A stretch of 41,335 bases of DNA from a virus (lineage: Duplodnaviria > Caudoviricetes): positions 1 through 41,335 of IMG/VR virus record IMGVR_UViG_3300042559_000133; one strand, 5' to 3'. The position numbers and the translations under genes are program-made. Below the pieces are notes generated by a model, which was not told the origin of the DNA, did not search any database, and saw only the letters and a list, made by a program, of their open reading frames with translations. Below, one piece after another: positions 8,084 through 17,247 of this stretch. The first letter of the stretch is position 1. Every line of letters begins with the position of its first letter.

Positions 8084-10894
8084 TCAGGCACCCAGGGCGA
8101 CTTCCATGGTCATGGAAATCAGGGTCAGCGGCAGCGGGTCCGATTGTCGAATAAATACCTGGCCGGCATCCGACCAGCGTGGTGTGATGACCAGGGCGAT
8201 TTCCTCGCTCTTCAGTCGCGGCGCCGATCCGTATGGCTCGTCGGTCCGCTGCTTTGCCTCCACCAGGTTGTCAGCGTCTGGGCCGACAAAGATGCCGCTC
8301 GAGCGGTTCACGCGCAACCAAACCTTGTTGACGTTCTTGTACCGGCCCTGACCAAAACCTGCATCGATCTGTGCCGACCATGGCAGTGTTTTGACATCGG
8401 CCGTGATTGGCAGGCCGACCTGGGCCTTGCTGACTGCTTGGTCCAGAGTGATCGATCCGCCGGTGACCACTTTGCGTGGCTGGACGGCGCCGTCTGCCAG
8501 GATGGAAACGGTCTTGCCCTCGAGCCAGGTCAGGCCACTGATGGTGTCCCTGGCGAAGTCATACGAAGCTGTGGCTACACCGCGGTAGCCAGCAGGCAGT
8601 GTCTTGTCGACGAACGCCTTGGCCACTGTCGTGCTGGTGGTCCCAATAATGGTCAAGCGGTACTTGGTGCCATCGGCATCGGTGAAGACGATGGCATCGT
8701 TGACGTCGGACTGTGACGGATAGTTGAAGCGGGCCGCCGATGCCGTGATGGTCAGCTCTTCGCCTGGTCCCCAGTTGGTGCCGCCCGTGACAGTAACAGT
8801 CGTTGCCGTCGTGTTGGCGCCATTGAATGTCGCGCCACAGTCCACGAAGTAAGCATCCTCCGGGTTCACGAATACCCGGCTGGCCAGGCGCTCGACGTAG
8901 CGCTTGCTGGCGCCGTTGATGGTTCGCTTGACCACCACGTACAAGACGTCCTCTGCGCCCTCTGCAACGATGCAGCAGCTCTCGAAAACGCCGTCGGTGT
9001 CGTGCTGGTGCCAGCTGCCTACCTGCTGCTCTGGCACATAGGTCAGGCCCAGCAGCTTGCCGCTGCTAGAAACGCACCAGACCACGGGATATGGCGCCTT
9101 GCCATACGCCAGGTCGACGATGTCGAAGGTGTCGAACAGGTGCGGAGAACGCAAACACAGGTCGCCGGTGACATAACCGGAGGCCTGCCAGCTGTAGGCC
9201 AGCTCACGCACGTGGCCGCCGCGGGCTGCCGCATAGATCAGCGTGTTGTTGATGATGGCCGGCTGCACGTTGTTGGCGCCGATGTAAGACTGCGGCCGCA
9301 CGGAGATCGATGTCGGTGTGACCGCGTCGGAGTTGACCGACGTGATTCGCCATTCCGATGAGCTGGTCAGCAGCACCAGGTTGTTCAGAGGCACCATGTG
9401 CCGGATCGTGTTGGCTTCGCGCGCAGAAACCCGGAAGTTGACCGCATCATCGTCCCTGGTCGGCAACGAATAGGACAGGTTCGACTCTGTGCCCGTCTTG
9501 GTCATCCAGATGTTCTGCGGCTTGTTGATCGTGCCGCCAAAGCATCGACGCTGCTCGAAGTAGGACACAGCGCCAGGGTAATTGCTCGAGCCGTTGAATG
9601 GGTTATCGAGCTCCGGTGGAGTCACCGCAATGTCAGGATTGATGTTGTCGTCTTTGAAGGTGGTGCCGCTGGTTTGGCCGATGTAGCCATACAGACCGTT
9701 GCTCTGCTTGTAGACGTTATATCGAATAGCGCCCGTCACAGGCGACCAGTTGATCGTGTTGAAGTTGCCCGTAGTGAGCAAGTTGTTCCTTACGCCAGCA
9801 CGGAATACCACGCCGCTGCTGGTGAATGCGCTGTAAGCGGACGTATCCACCACAGAGCCGCCAATCGTGCGCAGCGTCAGCGTAGTTGTCGACGGCACGG
9901 TGTTGACGACATACACCCCATCAGTGAGCTGCGTCATGCCGCCGACGCCTTGCACGTACACCAGGTCCTCGGCCGTGTAGCCGTGCGCCGCCGACACCGT
10001 GATCACGCCAGGGTTGGCTACGGTGATGGCCGTGATGCCCTCGATGACCGCTCCACCGCCGCCATAGGTGCCGGCTGATGTGGTGTTGATGGCGACACCA
10101 GCAATCGTCTTGAGCGTGAATGTCGTGGCTGCCGGCACCGTGTTGATCAGGTAGTAGCCATCGGGAATGGATGGCATGCCGTTTAGGTTCGAGATGTAGA
10201 CCCTGGCATTGACCGCGAAGCCATGCGCTGCACTGGCCGTGAACACGCCAGGCGCCGCATTGGTCACGGCAGTGATCTGCAGGCGGGACGACAGCGACGA
10301 TGCCGAGGCGGACGACTCTTCCTGCCCTTCGGACGATACTGAGGTCACCACGTAGTTGTAGACCTGGTTCAGCGTGCCAGTGCCGACGCCGACAAACGCT
10401 TGAACGCCGGTCGGTGTGCCGATGGTCGGCACGAATGGAATGGTCGTCAGCGTCCAGCTGGTGGCGCCCAGGCGACGTAGCTCGCGCGGCGCATAGTTCG
10501 GGTGCACGATACTGAGCACGTCGGCTGACTGCACGTAATGCAAGTCAAAAAGATCAGCTTCGAGATATGGTGTGGCCACCTCATAAGGAACACCTCCCGA
10601 CAGTAGCGTGCCGCCATTGGTGTGGAAGCGCACATACTGGTCACCGAACTCGAGCACCATGGTCTGCGTGGTGCTGTACGAAAACGGGATCAGGCGCGTG
10701 CGCTTTGAGCTGGTCTTGACCTCGTTGACGTACTTGGTGCCCGGTCTGTTCGATGCCGGACCATGCGGCAGGACCATGAAATTGCGACAAAGCGCCAGGC
10801 CGGTCTGGTACTTGACGTCATCGATACGACCAAACATCTCCGGCGTGAGCTCACCACCGCCGAAGGAACGCTGAAGAGTGCGGACGTTTGCCAT
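8084..10894 (-). CDS. Tail tubular protein B / nozzle, 936 aa, with two inserted E1-FCCH-like repeats
   Basis: QRSFGGGELTPEMFGRID start, YPGAVSYFEQRRCFGG and W-x-x-H-D-T motifs of beta-propeller nozzle proteins; synteny after the adaptor. Confidence 0.88.
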   Translation of the reverse strand: MANVRTLQRSFGGGELTPEMFGRIDDVKYQTGLALCRNFMVLPHGPASNRPGTKYVNEVKTSSKRTRLIPFSYSTTQTMVLEFGDQYVRFHTNGGTLLSGGVPYEVATPYLEADLFDLHYVQSADVLSIVHPNYAPRELRRLGATSWTLTTIPFVPTIGTPTGVQAFVGVGTGTLNQVYNYVVTSVSSEGQEESSASASSLSSRLQITAVTNAAPGVFTASAAHGFAVNARVYISNLNGMPSIPDGYYLINTVPAATTFTLKTIAGVAINTTSAGTYGGGGAVIEGITAITVANPGVITVSAAHGYTAEDLVYVQGVGGMTQLTDGVYVVNTVPSTTTLTLRTIGGSVVDTSAYSAFTSSGVVFRAGVRNNLLTTGNFNTINWSPVTGAIRYNVYKQSNGLYGYIGQTSGTTFKDDNINPDIAVTPPELDNPFNGSSNYPGAVSYFEQRRCFGGTINKPQNIWMTKTGTESNLSYSLPTRDDDAVNFRVSAREANTIRHMVPLNNLVLLTSSSEWRITSVNSDAVTPTSISVRPQSYIGANNVQPAIINNTLIYAAARGGHVRELAYSWQASGYVTGDLCLRSPHLFDTFDIVDLAYGKAPYPVVWCVSSSGKLLGLTYVPEQQVGSWHQHDTDGVFESCCIVAEGAEDVLYVVVKRTINGASKRYVERLASRVFVNPEDAYFVDCGATFNGANTTATTVTVTGGTNWGPGEELTITASAARFNYPSQSDVNDAIVFTDADGTKYRLTIIGTTSTTVAKAFVDKTLPAGYRGVATASYDFARDTISGLTWLEGKTVSILADGAVQPRKVVTGGSITLDQAVSKAQVGLPITADVKTLPWSAQIDAGFGQGRYKNVNKVWLRVNRSSGIFVGPDADNLVEAKQRTDEPYGSAPRLKSEEIALVITPRWSDAGQVFIRQSDPLPLTLISMTMEVALGA

Positions 10895-10896
10895 GC

Positions 10897-11565
10897 TTAC
10901 CTCGCCGCCATCCAGGGAGTCGACTGCTTGATGTTGACCTTGCGCTGGTTGGCGTCAGACACGATGGCCTGGCCACGAATGGCAATGAACATCTGGTACT
11001 GGCGCTTCGATTCAGCCGCACCGATGTCGCCCTTCAGGATTGGGCCGGCGAGCTTGGACGCCAGGAAGTGTGACAGTGCCTCGACGAACAGCGGCGTGAA
11101 ACGGCTGGTGTCTGTGATCTTTGCCGTGTATCTGAGCACGGCATTCTCTTGATTGGTGTAGATGATGCCGGAGCCATCTGGCTGCGTCTCATGCACGAAC
11201 GGCTGCGGTGTGTACAGGCCCTGGCCAGTATTGACCACGCCGACCTGGGTGTAGGGCATCGGGAATCCCTGGCTGTAATCATCCGACGCTTTCGGGTCCA
11301 GGATGGCCATCAGGTTCAATGCGTCGCTGGGCTCCTTGTAGGCGTAGGCCCACTCAGGCCAGCTCGAGCCGATCAGCGGCAGGGCGATCCGCTTGGTGCA
11401 AAAATTCCACGGGTGCATCTCAAGCAAGGAATCTCGCGTCATCGGGTAGAACGTGGCACACAGAGTTGCCTGCGCGCTGCCCTCTGGCGGATCAATGCTT
11501 GATACGGTAGCCACATCACCAAGGTGCGCCAGTGCCAAGTTACAGATGTCGACTTCAGATGCCAT
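10897..11565 (-). CDS. Tail tubular protein A / head-tail adaptor, 222 aa
   Basis: MASEVDICNLALAHLG, HPWNF and F-x-x-LFVEAL...LASKLA motifs. Confidence 0.85.
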   Translation of the reverse strand: MASEVDICNLALAHLGDVATVSSIDPPEGSAQATLCATFYPMTRDSLLEMHPWNFCTKRIALPLIGSSWPEWAYAYKEPSDALNLMAILDPKASDDYSQGFPMPYTQVGVVNTGQGLYTPQPFVHETQPDGSGIIYTNQENAVLRYTAKITDTSRFTPLFVEALSHFLASKLAGPILKGDIGAAESKRQYQMFIAIRGQAIVSDANQRKVNIKQSTPWMAAR

Positions 11566-11579
11566 GCTTTCCTCGACTT

Positions 11580-11610
11580 AAAAAAATGGGGGGCGCAACA
11601 GGCCCCCCAT
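11580..11610 (-). terminator. Rho-independent terminator after the capsid gene block
   Basis: 9-bp stem ATGGGGGGC/GCCCCCCAT with a 7-nt loop, followed by a U-run on the minus strand. Confidence 0.85.
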
Positions 11611-11628
11611 CGTGTTGCTGCTTATGAC

Positions 11629-11823
11629 TTAGTTACCAAAGACATTGGCAACGTCGTCAGGAGCTGACGCAGCCGCGCCCTTTTTGCCTTTGCCTTTCAG
11701 CTCGGGCTTGTCCTCCACCAGCTCGAGGTTGCTGCCAGGCTTGCCAGCGTACTCGACGATCGCGTCTTCCTCGTAGATCGTGTTGTTGATGAATGACTTT
11801 GTCAGAACGCGGTATTGCGCCAT
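11629..11823 (-). CDS. Small head-module hypothetical protein, 64 aa
   Basis: AGGAG RBS, host-like codon usage, between cement gene and terminator. Confidence 0.75.
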   Translation of the reverse strand: MAQYRVLTKSFINNTIYEEDAIVEYAGKPGSNLELVEDKPELKGKGKKGAAASAPDDVANVFGN

Positions 11824-11838
11824 GTGTTTCTCTCCTTA

Positions 11839-12267
11839 TTAAACGACCGTGAAGCCCGATGCGTAGGTCTTCTGATCCTGGATGTCGAGCACGACGTCTG
11901 CAGTGACAGTACCTGCGGACATGGTGCCGACGACGGTGTAGCGAGCGCCCATGTAGCGCTGGCCGTTGGAACCGATCTGTGCGTTCATCTCGACAGCAAC
12001 GCGCTTGCCGGCCGTGAGGCTGGCAGTAACGATTGCGTCCGAGCTGCCCACAACAGTCGGGCTGGACAGGTCTGCCGATGCCGAGGTGATGATCTCGAAC
12101 TTCACCGAAGTGCCGCCTGCAAAGGCAGTACCAACAGCGAAGTGCATGTACGTGCTGCGGCCAGCGCCAATGTCGCGGGCTACAGACAGGTCGATCGTGT
12201 CGGTCGACACAGCAGTGGTGGTCACTGCTTGCGCGTCAGAAACGCGCAGGAATTTATCAGTAATCAT
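11839..12267 (-). CDS. Capsid cement protein (BPP-1 Bbp16-like), 142 aa
   Basis: MITDKFLRVSDAQAVTTTAVSTDTIDL...LTAGK...RY..ARYTV resembles Bbp16; directly after the major capsid gene. Confidence 0.88.
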   Translation of the reverse strand: MITDKFLRVSDAQAVTTTAVSTDTIDLSVARDIGAGRSTYMHFAVGTAFAGGTSVKFEIITSASADLSSPTVVGSSDAIVTASLTAGKRVAVEMNAQIGSNGQRYMGARYTVVGTMSAGTVTADVVLDIQDQKTYASGFTVV

Positions 12268-12295
12268 GTTTCAGTTTCCTTTCGTTTCGGACGGG

Positions 12296-13318
12296 TTAGA
12301 CGACGCGAGCTTCGGTGTTGAGCAACGAATCAACACGACGCAGCGGAACGCCCAGGAAAGACAGCCAGCTGTTCGGTTGGCCGAACTGGGTCAGACCCTG
12401 CTCGATCTTCAACACGTACTGCGACTTGTCCATTGCAGCCAGAGCCAGGCCAGAGTGCACCGTGCGGTTCATGTAGAACGCTGGGCGACCCATCGACATG
12501 TTCGGGATGCGGTACAGAGCGCGCGCCATCAGCTTGACGATGTTGGTCGAAGCAGATGCTGCCTGCGTGCCGGTCTGGCCGATCAGGTCGGACACATCGA
12601 TGTTGGCGATGCGAACGACATAGCGCCAGTCTTTCACGACCAGGCCGTTCTTCCACTGGTAGTGGGTACGGTATGCCTGGTAGCGTGCACCAGCCGAATC
12701 CCACACAGTGTTCAAGCCGAGGTCTTCATGGATCAGACCAGCCTTCGAGCCTTTCGGGAACGGGCAGAACACAGTGTTCTCGCCCCACACGACCAGGTAC
12801 ACGGACGTGTTGTCGCTGCCGCTGCCGCCTGCGTCCAGGATGTTCTGGCTGTTGCCGGCGCCGCTGATTGCGGAGTAGCGAGTAGCCAGGCCGAGGAACT
12901 GCTTCGGATCGGTGCCAGGGTTGCCGTAGAACAGAGTCTGCGCCTGGGTCTGGTTCATTGCCTCCAGGAACGCCTGGTCTTCCGACAAACGGAACTGGCC
13001 GGTGTTGCCGTTGAGCTCTGCCAGGTCCTTGTCGACCTCGGAGTAGGCTTCCAGCATGCCGCATGCCTCATCGACCTGTGCAGTGGTCGACTTGGACGTC
13101 GGGATACCTTGGTTGATTGCGCGCCAGTAGACAGTCGGCAGGCCGGTACGAATCACCGAGCGGTGGCCGGTCGGCAGGTTGCCTTCGACGAACACGCAGT
13201 CCTCGAGGACTTCGTTCGACTGCGACAACAGCTCGGCAATGGTCGGGACCTTGCCATCGGGATCGATGCGTTTTGCCCAGTCCGCGAGGGTCAGGGCGCC
13301 AGTGGACAGAGTAGCCAT
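12296..13318 (-). CDS. Major capsid protein (epsilon15 gp7/BPP-1 Bbp17 family), 340 aa
   Basis: TLADWAKRIDPDG...EGNLPTGHR...RTGLP...DWRYVVRIANID...FLGVPLRRVDSLLNTEARVV; AAGGA RBS. Confidence 0.95.
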   Translation of the reverse strand: MATLSTGALTLADWAKRIDPDGKVPTIAELLSQSNEVLEDCVFVEGNLPTGHRSVIRTGLPTVYWRAINQGIPTSKSTTAQVDEACGMLEAYSEVDKDLAELNGNTGQFRLSEDQAFLEAMNQTQAQTLFYGNPGTDPKQFLGLATRYSAISGAGNSQNILDAGGSGSDNTSVYLVVWGENTVFCPFPKGSKAGLIHEDLGLNTVWDSAGARYQAYRTHYQWKNGLVVKDWRYVVRIANIDVSDLIGQTGTQAASASTNIVKLMARALYRIPNMSMGRPAFYMNRTVHSGLALAAMDKSQYVLKIEQGLTQFGQPNSWLSFLGVPLRRVDSLLNTEARVV

Positions 13319-13336
13319 GGTTTACTTCCTTTCAAA

Positions 13337-13996
13337 TTAAGATTGGTTCGAGTACAGGACAGCCGCGGGATCGCGTCGATTGCCCTGCTGTGGACGACCT
13401 TGACCGCCAGGTACAAAGTTGTCCTCGCTAATTGCTTTGCCTGCTCTGTAGAACACCCGTATGACCTCCGGGTGGTTGCCCAGACCAGACTTGACTAACA
13501 GCTCGCGCAGCTCGGGCGTGCCGAAGGTATCCAGTGCCTTCTTCGCCACTGCAAGGTTCTGGTCGAGTTGTTGCCCGCCGAATTCCTTGTCAGTTTTTGC
13601 GGACTCGCCCCAGGTCGTGATCGCTTTGTCGATCGCTGCCTGCTGACGCTGGGCCATTGCTGGCGCCATCTTGTCCATCATCTTCTGCGCAGCTTCGTTG
13701 CTCAGGTTGAGCTCACGTGCGAACTGCCCGAACGCTGTGACACCCTCGGTGTCCATCGCCGCCCCTTCCGGGACCTTCAGGTCATAGCTCTCCGGTGCGC
13801 CAGTGGAATTGCCACCAGACTCACCGTTGTTCGTTTGCCCGTTACCCTCGGCGGTTGTTGCCGCATCCTGGGTACCCTGTGCTGCCGTCGCTTGCTGTTG
13901 CTGTGCTCCGCCGGTGGCCGCCGGCGCAGCGCTTGTTGATGGTGTTCCGCCTTCAGTGGTTGTTGCGGCGTCCGTCATCATGCTTGTTTCTGACAT
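13337..13996 (-). CDS. Capsid scaffolding protein, 219 aa
   Basis: Disordered N-terminus, APESYDL, DKEFGG and GLGNHPEVIR..YRAGKAISED motifs; precedes the capsid gene. Confidence 0.82.
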   Translation of the reverse strand: MSETSMMTDAATTTEGGTPSTSAAPAATGGAQQQQATAAQGTQDAATTAEGNGQTNNGESGGNSTGAPESYDLKVPEGAAMDTEGVTAFGQFARELNLSNEAAQKMMDKMAPAMAQRQQAAIDKAITTWGESAKTDKEFGGQQLDQNLAVAKKALDTFGTPELRELLVKSGLGNHPEVIRVFYRAGKAISEDNFVPGGQGRPQQGNRRDPAAVLYSNQS

Positions 13997-14297
13997 CGTT
14001 TTGCTCCTTGAGCATCATTGAATACTGGTCTGGAGAGAACTCATTCACTTGTGCCATAAGCATCAAGCCGACATTTCGCATGCCTTCCCTGAAGAAGGTT
14101 TCGCTGTTGCCGGTGAATGAGCTGCGATACACACCAGTCTTTTCCAACAGACGCCACATAATGCGGCGCCCACGCTTGCTGCTCATGAGCCACTTGAAAT
14201 CGTCTTGCTCTACCTGAAGGGTCAGCTTGGTTCGCTCGTTGAGCTCTTCCTTTGCTTCCTCCTGGCCCCTTAGATCGAGCGGGTCATAGTTGCTCAT
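13953..14297 (-). CDS. Conserved head-module protein (Bbp19-like), 114 aa
   Basis: DFKWLMSSKRGRRIMWRLL...TFFREGMRNVGL motif; between portal and scaffold; probably leaderless. Confidence 0.8.
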   Translation of the reverse strand: MSNYDPLDLRGQEEAKEELNERTKLTLQVEQDDFKWLMSSKRGRRIMWRLLEKTGVYRSSFTGNSETFFREGMRNVGLMLMAQVNEFSPDQYSMMLKEQNDVRNKHDDGRRNNH

Positions 14298-14303
14298 GCG
14301 CTT

Positions 14304-14336
14304 AATTTATTGTCATCGGGTTGAGATACGCGCACC
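14304..14336 (-). promoter_or_regulatory. Putative late promoter GGTGCGCGTA-N17-TAAATT (leaderless start at 14297)
   Basis: The ATG begins at the 7th nt after the -10 hexamer and has no SD sequence. Confidence 0.7.
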
Positions 14337-14338
14337 AC

Positions 14339-14662
14339 TTAGTCCGCGTCGCCGTACAGCATTGAGGCCGCGCTCGACTTCTCCTGGGCCGCGCTGATCT
14401 CCATGTCGGTGATCTGCAGGTCCATGCTCATCTCGCTTTCGCCCTTCTGGGTGTTGTATGCGCTGGTGCTCTTGACGAACACCTTGGCATTGATGGTCAT
14501 CTCTGCCCCGACTGCCGGCAGACTGGTGATGCCGAGCTTCTTGAGCTCGTCATCGTGCAGACTCAAGCACAAGCCATACGGATACTGCGGCTCGTCCATC
14601 GGGCTTGCCTCGGTGTACTGCTTTGCCTCGTCCTTGCTGTGCTTCATGTTGATCATGCTCAC
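14339..14662 (-). CDS. Capsid staple protein (epsilon15 gp10-like), 107 aa
   Basis: MINMK...QYPYGLCLSL...LKKLG...LPAVG...MDLQITD mirrors epsilon15 gp10. Confidence 0.8.
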   Translation of the reverse strand: MSMINMKHSKDEAKQYTEASPMDEPQYPYGLCLSLHDDELKKLGITSLPAVGAEMTINAKVFVKSTSAYNTQKGESEMSMDLQITDMEISAAQEKSSAASMLYGDAD

Positions 14663-16383
14663 TGCCCTACCTCCACAGCTGATGGTGAACCGTAGCCGCT
14701 GAACATGTTCATCACGTCCTGCAGCGCGCTTGGTTGTTGCGTATTCGTCTCTGACAGGGTCTTCGATGTCTCAGCGCCCTGCTGCATGGTGGCCATGCGT
14801 TGCTGCTGCTCTGCTTGAGCTGCTCGCTGTTGACGAATGATGGCCACCTTGTCGTCGGCAATGATCAGCTCAGGGTCAACGCCCAGCATGTCGCCGTAGA
14901 TGTCGGCCCACTTGTCGGCATCGAGCTTATCCAAGACCTCTGGCTTGATCTGTGCGACCACGCCCAGGTTGGCCACATAGCGGTCGACGCTGTTGGTGCC
15001 GATGGCGCGCTGTGCCTGGGCCAGCATCGAGACGAACTCGACATTCAGGTCCATGCCCTGGAGCTCTTCCGGCGGAGGTGGGACGATGCCCGACTCGATC
15101 ATGCGCGAGAACGTCATCTCGATCATCGGATCGAGCAGCTCGTTGTGCAGGCGCTCGAGTACCGGACCCAGCATCAGCAGCTTCTCTTCGTGACGCTCGG
15201 CCACCTCAGTCGCCGTCATGCTGCTGTTGGTGCTGTTCGCCAGCATCAAGAACAGGTCAGCGTAGAACGAACCTTTGATGCGCTCGCGCACGTCCTGGAT
15301 GTCGGCCAGCAGATGCGACAGATCGAGGTTGACCTCGAACAGCGTCTTGATGCCAGCACTCGGACTGGTCGGGTCGTAATAGGACAGACCACCAGGCAGG
15401 TTCTCGACGTCGCGGTTTTTCATCGAAGCCGGCACCTGGAGCGGTGGCTTGGTTTTGAAGTCGATGCCCTGGGCTTTGCGCAGCTGCTCATGCTGCAGCT
15501 GCTTGACGTCGCCCAGCGCTTCCATGCCAGGGCTGTTGCCGTAGATGTCGCCGCCACTGGTGGCCCAGCGAGGAACGACAGCAGGGAATTCCTTGAAGCC
15601 CGACTCACGCAGGAACGTGTCAGGCTTGCCGTTGAGCTCGAAGTAGTACGAACCCCAGGCCATGTTCTTGTTGTCTTTCCTGCTCAGATCACGGTCAGCA
15701 CGCGGCTCGATCGCATGCACCAGGGTGATCCACTGGTCCAGGCTGCCGCGGTCATACATGTTCTTCGTTGCGGTGCACACATTCTTGATGCCGAACTCTT
15801 TGACCACCTCGCCGACCGTCTTCTGGAACTCACGGTACAGCGTGCACACGTTGCCCTGGTAGTCGGTGGCAATCGCGTACTCGCCGGTGGTCAGAGGGTA
15901 GTGATGCAGCACGTTGTCGTAGTTCGGCAGGATGATTGAGGCACCAGTGCCGAATGCGCCGAGCTCTTCATACATCGAGTGCAGCGTGCGGTAGGTGTTC
16001 GACTTGCTGAAGATCATCTGCATCAGCCTGGTCACGTCATTGAGCCACACCTTGACCGGGCCGAACTTCATCATCTCTGGGTCGGCCGTGCTCAGACGGA
16101 ACCAGGGACGTGCAGGCGATGTCATGCCAGCCATCATGCCGGCAGCCAGCACGCGCAGTGCTCGCGTGCCGGTGCTGTCATAGATGTTGTTGTGCCGGCG
16201 CCAGCCTTTGTCGCGGTCCTGAATGAAGAAGCGCCCGCTGCGTGGCAGCATGTAGTCGCTGATCTCTTTCCAGTGCGACAGCCAGCTGGCGCGCTCCGAC
16301 TTGAGTTGTCCCCAGCGCGTGTACAGCTTGTCGCGCGTGGGCGACTTTGGATTCGACTGTGCGTCGCTGGTGAATTCACTCAT
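14659..16383 (-). CDS. Portal (head-to-tail connector), 574 aa
   Basis: LAAGMMAGMTSPARPWF, YGNSPGMEALGD and MTATEVAERHEEKLLMLGPVLERL motifs. Confidence 0.95.
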   Translation of the reverse strand: MSEFTSDAQSNPKSPTRDKLYTRWGQLKSERASWLSHWKEISDYMLPRSGRFFIQDRDKGWRRHNNIYDSTGTRALRVLAAGMMAGMTSPARPWFRLSTADPEMMKFGPVKVWLNDVTRLMQMIFSKSNTYRTLHSMYEELGAFGTGASIILPNYDNVLHHYPLTTGEYAIATDYQGNVCTLYREFQKTVGEVVKEFGIKNVCTATKNMYDRGSLDQWITLVHAIEPRADRDLSRKDNKNMAWGSYYFELNGKPDTFLRESGFKEFPAVVPRWATSGGDIYGNSPGMEALGDVKQLQHEQLRKAQGIDFKTKPPLQVPASMKNRDVENLPGGLSYYDPTSPSAGIKTLFEVNLDLSHLLADIQDVRERIKGSFYADLFLMLANSTNSSMTATEVAERHEEKLLMLGPVLERLHNELLDPMIEMTFSRMIESGIVPPPPEELQGMDLNVEFVSMLAQAQRAIGTNSVDRYVANLGVVAQIKPEVLDKLDADKWADIYGDMLGVDPELIIADDKVAIIRQQRAAQAEQQQRMATMQQGAETSKTLSETNTQQPSALQDVMNMFSGYGSPSAVEVGQ

Positions 16384-16386
16384 AAA

Positions 16387-16740
16387 TTACATGCCCAAAA
16401 GAGTGTTGCGACCAATGTTGAGGGCAGCAGGGTCGACGCCAGCTGGGCCGGTCAGCATTGTGCTGCCTGCACCAGGGCCACCGCTGGCGGCCTTGGCTGC
16501 CTGCTGTGCGGAGGCAAGCATGTTGCCGGCATCAGGTGTGCGCGCATTGCGCTTGTTGAACTCCTGCTCCTGGATGCCCATCTGCTTGCGCATGTTCTCC
16601 TGGTTGGCAGACTGAGCTTCCTTCTGCATCTGCAGAGCTTGCTGGTTGGCGCGCTCGGCATCCTTGCCAGCGTTGTATTGGTTGACCGTGTTGACTACGG
16701 TGGCCACGGTTGCGACCGTGGCGACGATTGCAAATGACAT
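16387..16740 (-). CDS. Small virion-associated protein upstream of portal, 117 aa
   Basis: Hydrophobic N-terminus, Gln/Ala-rich middle, STMLTGPAGVD...NTLLG C-terminus typical of this position; GGAG RBS. Confidence 0.7.
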   Translation of the reverse strand: MSFAIVATVATVATVVNTVNQYNAGKDAERANQQALQMQKEAQSANQENMRKQMGIQEQEFNKRNARTPDAGNMLASAQQAAKAASGGPGAGSTMLTGPAGVDPAALNIGRNTLLGM

Positions 16741-16741
16741 G

Positions 16742-17239
16742 TCACTCTCCCTTCAAAAGTTTTTTGATGTCCGCATACGGCAGGCCATCGTGATTGGCTA
16801 CAACTAGCCTGGCCTCCGCCTCTTCGACCGTCTTTGCTTCAGTCGCGTGAAACGTAATCCAGATCGTGTCCTCATGCGCATAGCCGACACGCTTGGTGCC
16901 TGGCCTGGCAATCATGGTGGCCGGCGCTTTGATGCGCTTCGGGCCATCCTCAGTCAGCACGCTGATGTCGCCCTTGGTGCAGACATTGATGTGCTCGAAC
17001 ATGTGCACGGCGCCGGTCAGCAACGTGCCAGCCGGGATGAACATCTCGCGCGCATACATGCCGTCGGCAAAGTAGTGCTTCACCTCGAGAGCCACCTGGG
17101 GCATCTCCATCATGGACGATTCCAAGCGCTCGATCTTGTGGCGCAGCTCGACACTGTCGACGATGTCAGACGCCAGCGGGCTGGCTGGCAGCAGCTGGTC
17201 GAAGTCAATCGATGTGTCTTGCGCGAGTTCAGTTTCCAC
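16742..17239 (-). CDS. Cupin-fold protein, 165 aa
   Basis: HYFADGMYAREMFIPAGTLLTGAVHMFEH...KRVGYAHEDTIWITFH, a His-containing double-stranded beta-helix pattern. Confidence 0.7.
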   Translation of the reverse strand: METELAQDTSIDFDQLLPASPLASDIVDSVELRHKIERLESSMMEMPQVALEVKHYFADGMYAREMFIPAGTLLTGAVHMFEHINVCTKGDISVLTEDGPKRIKAPATMIARPGTKRVGYAHEDTIWITFHATEAKTVEEAEARLVVANHDGLPYADIKKLLKGE

Positions 17240-17247
17240 AGGCGGGC

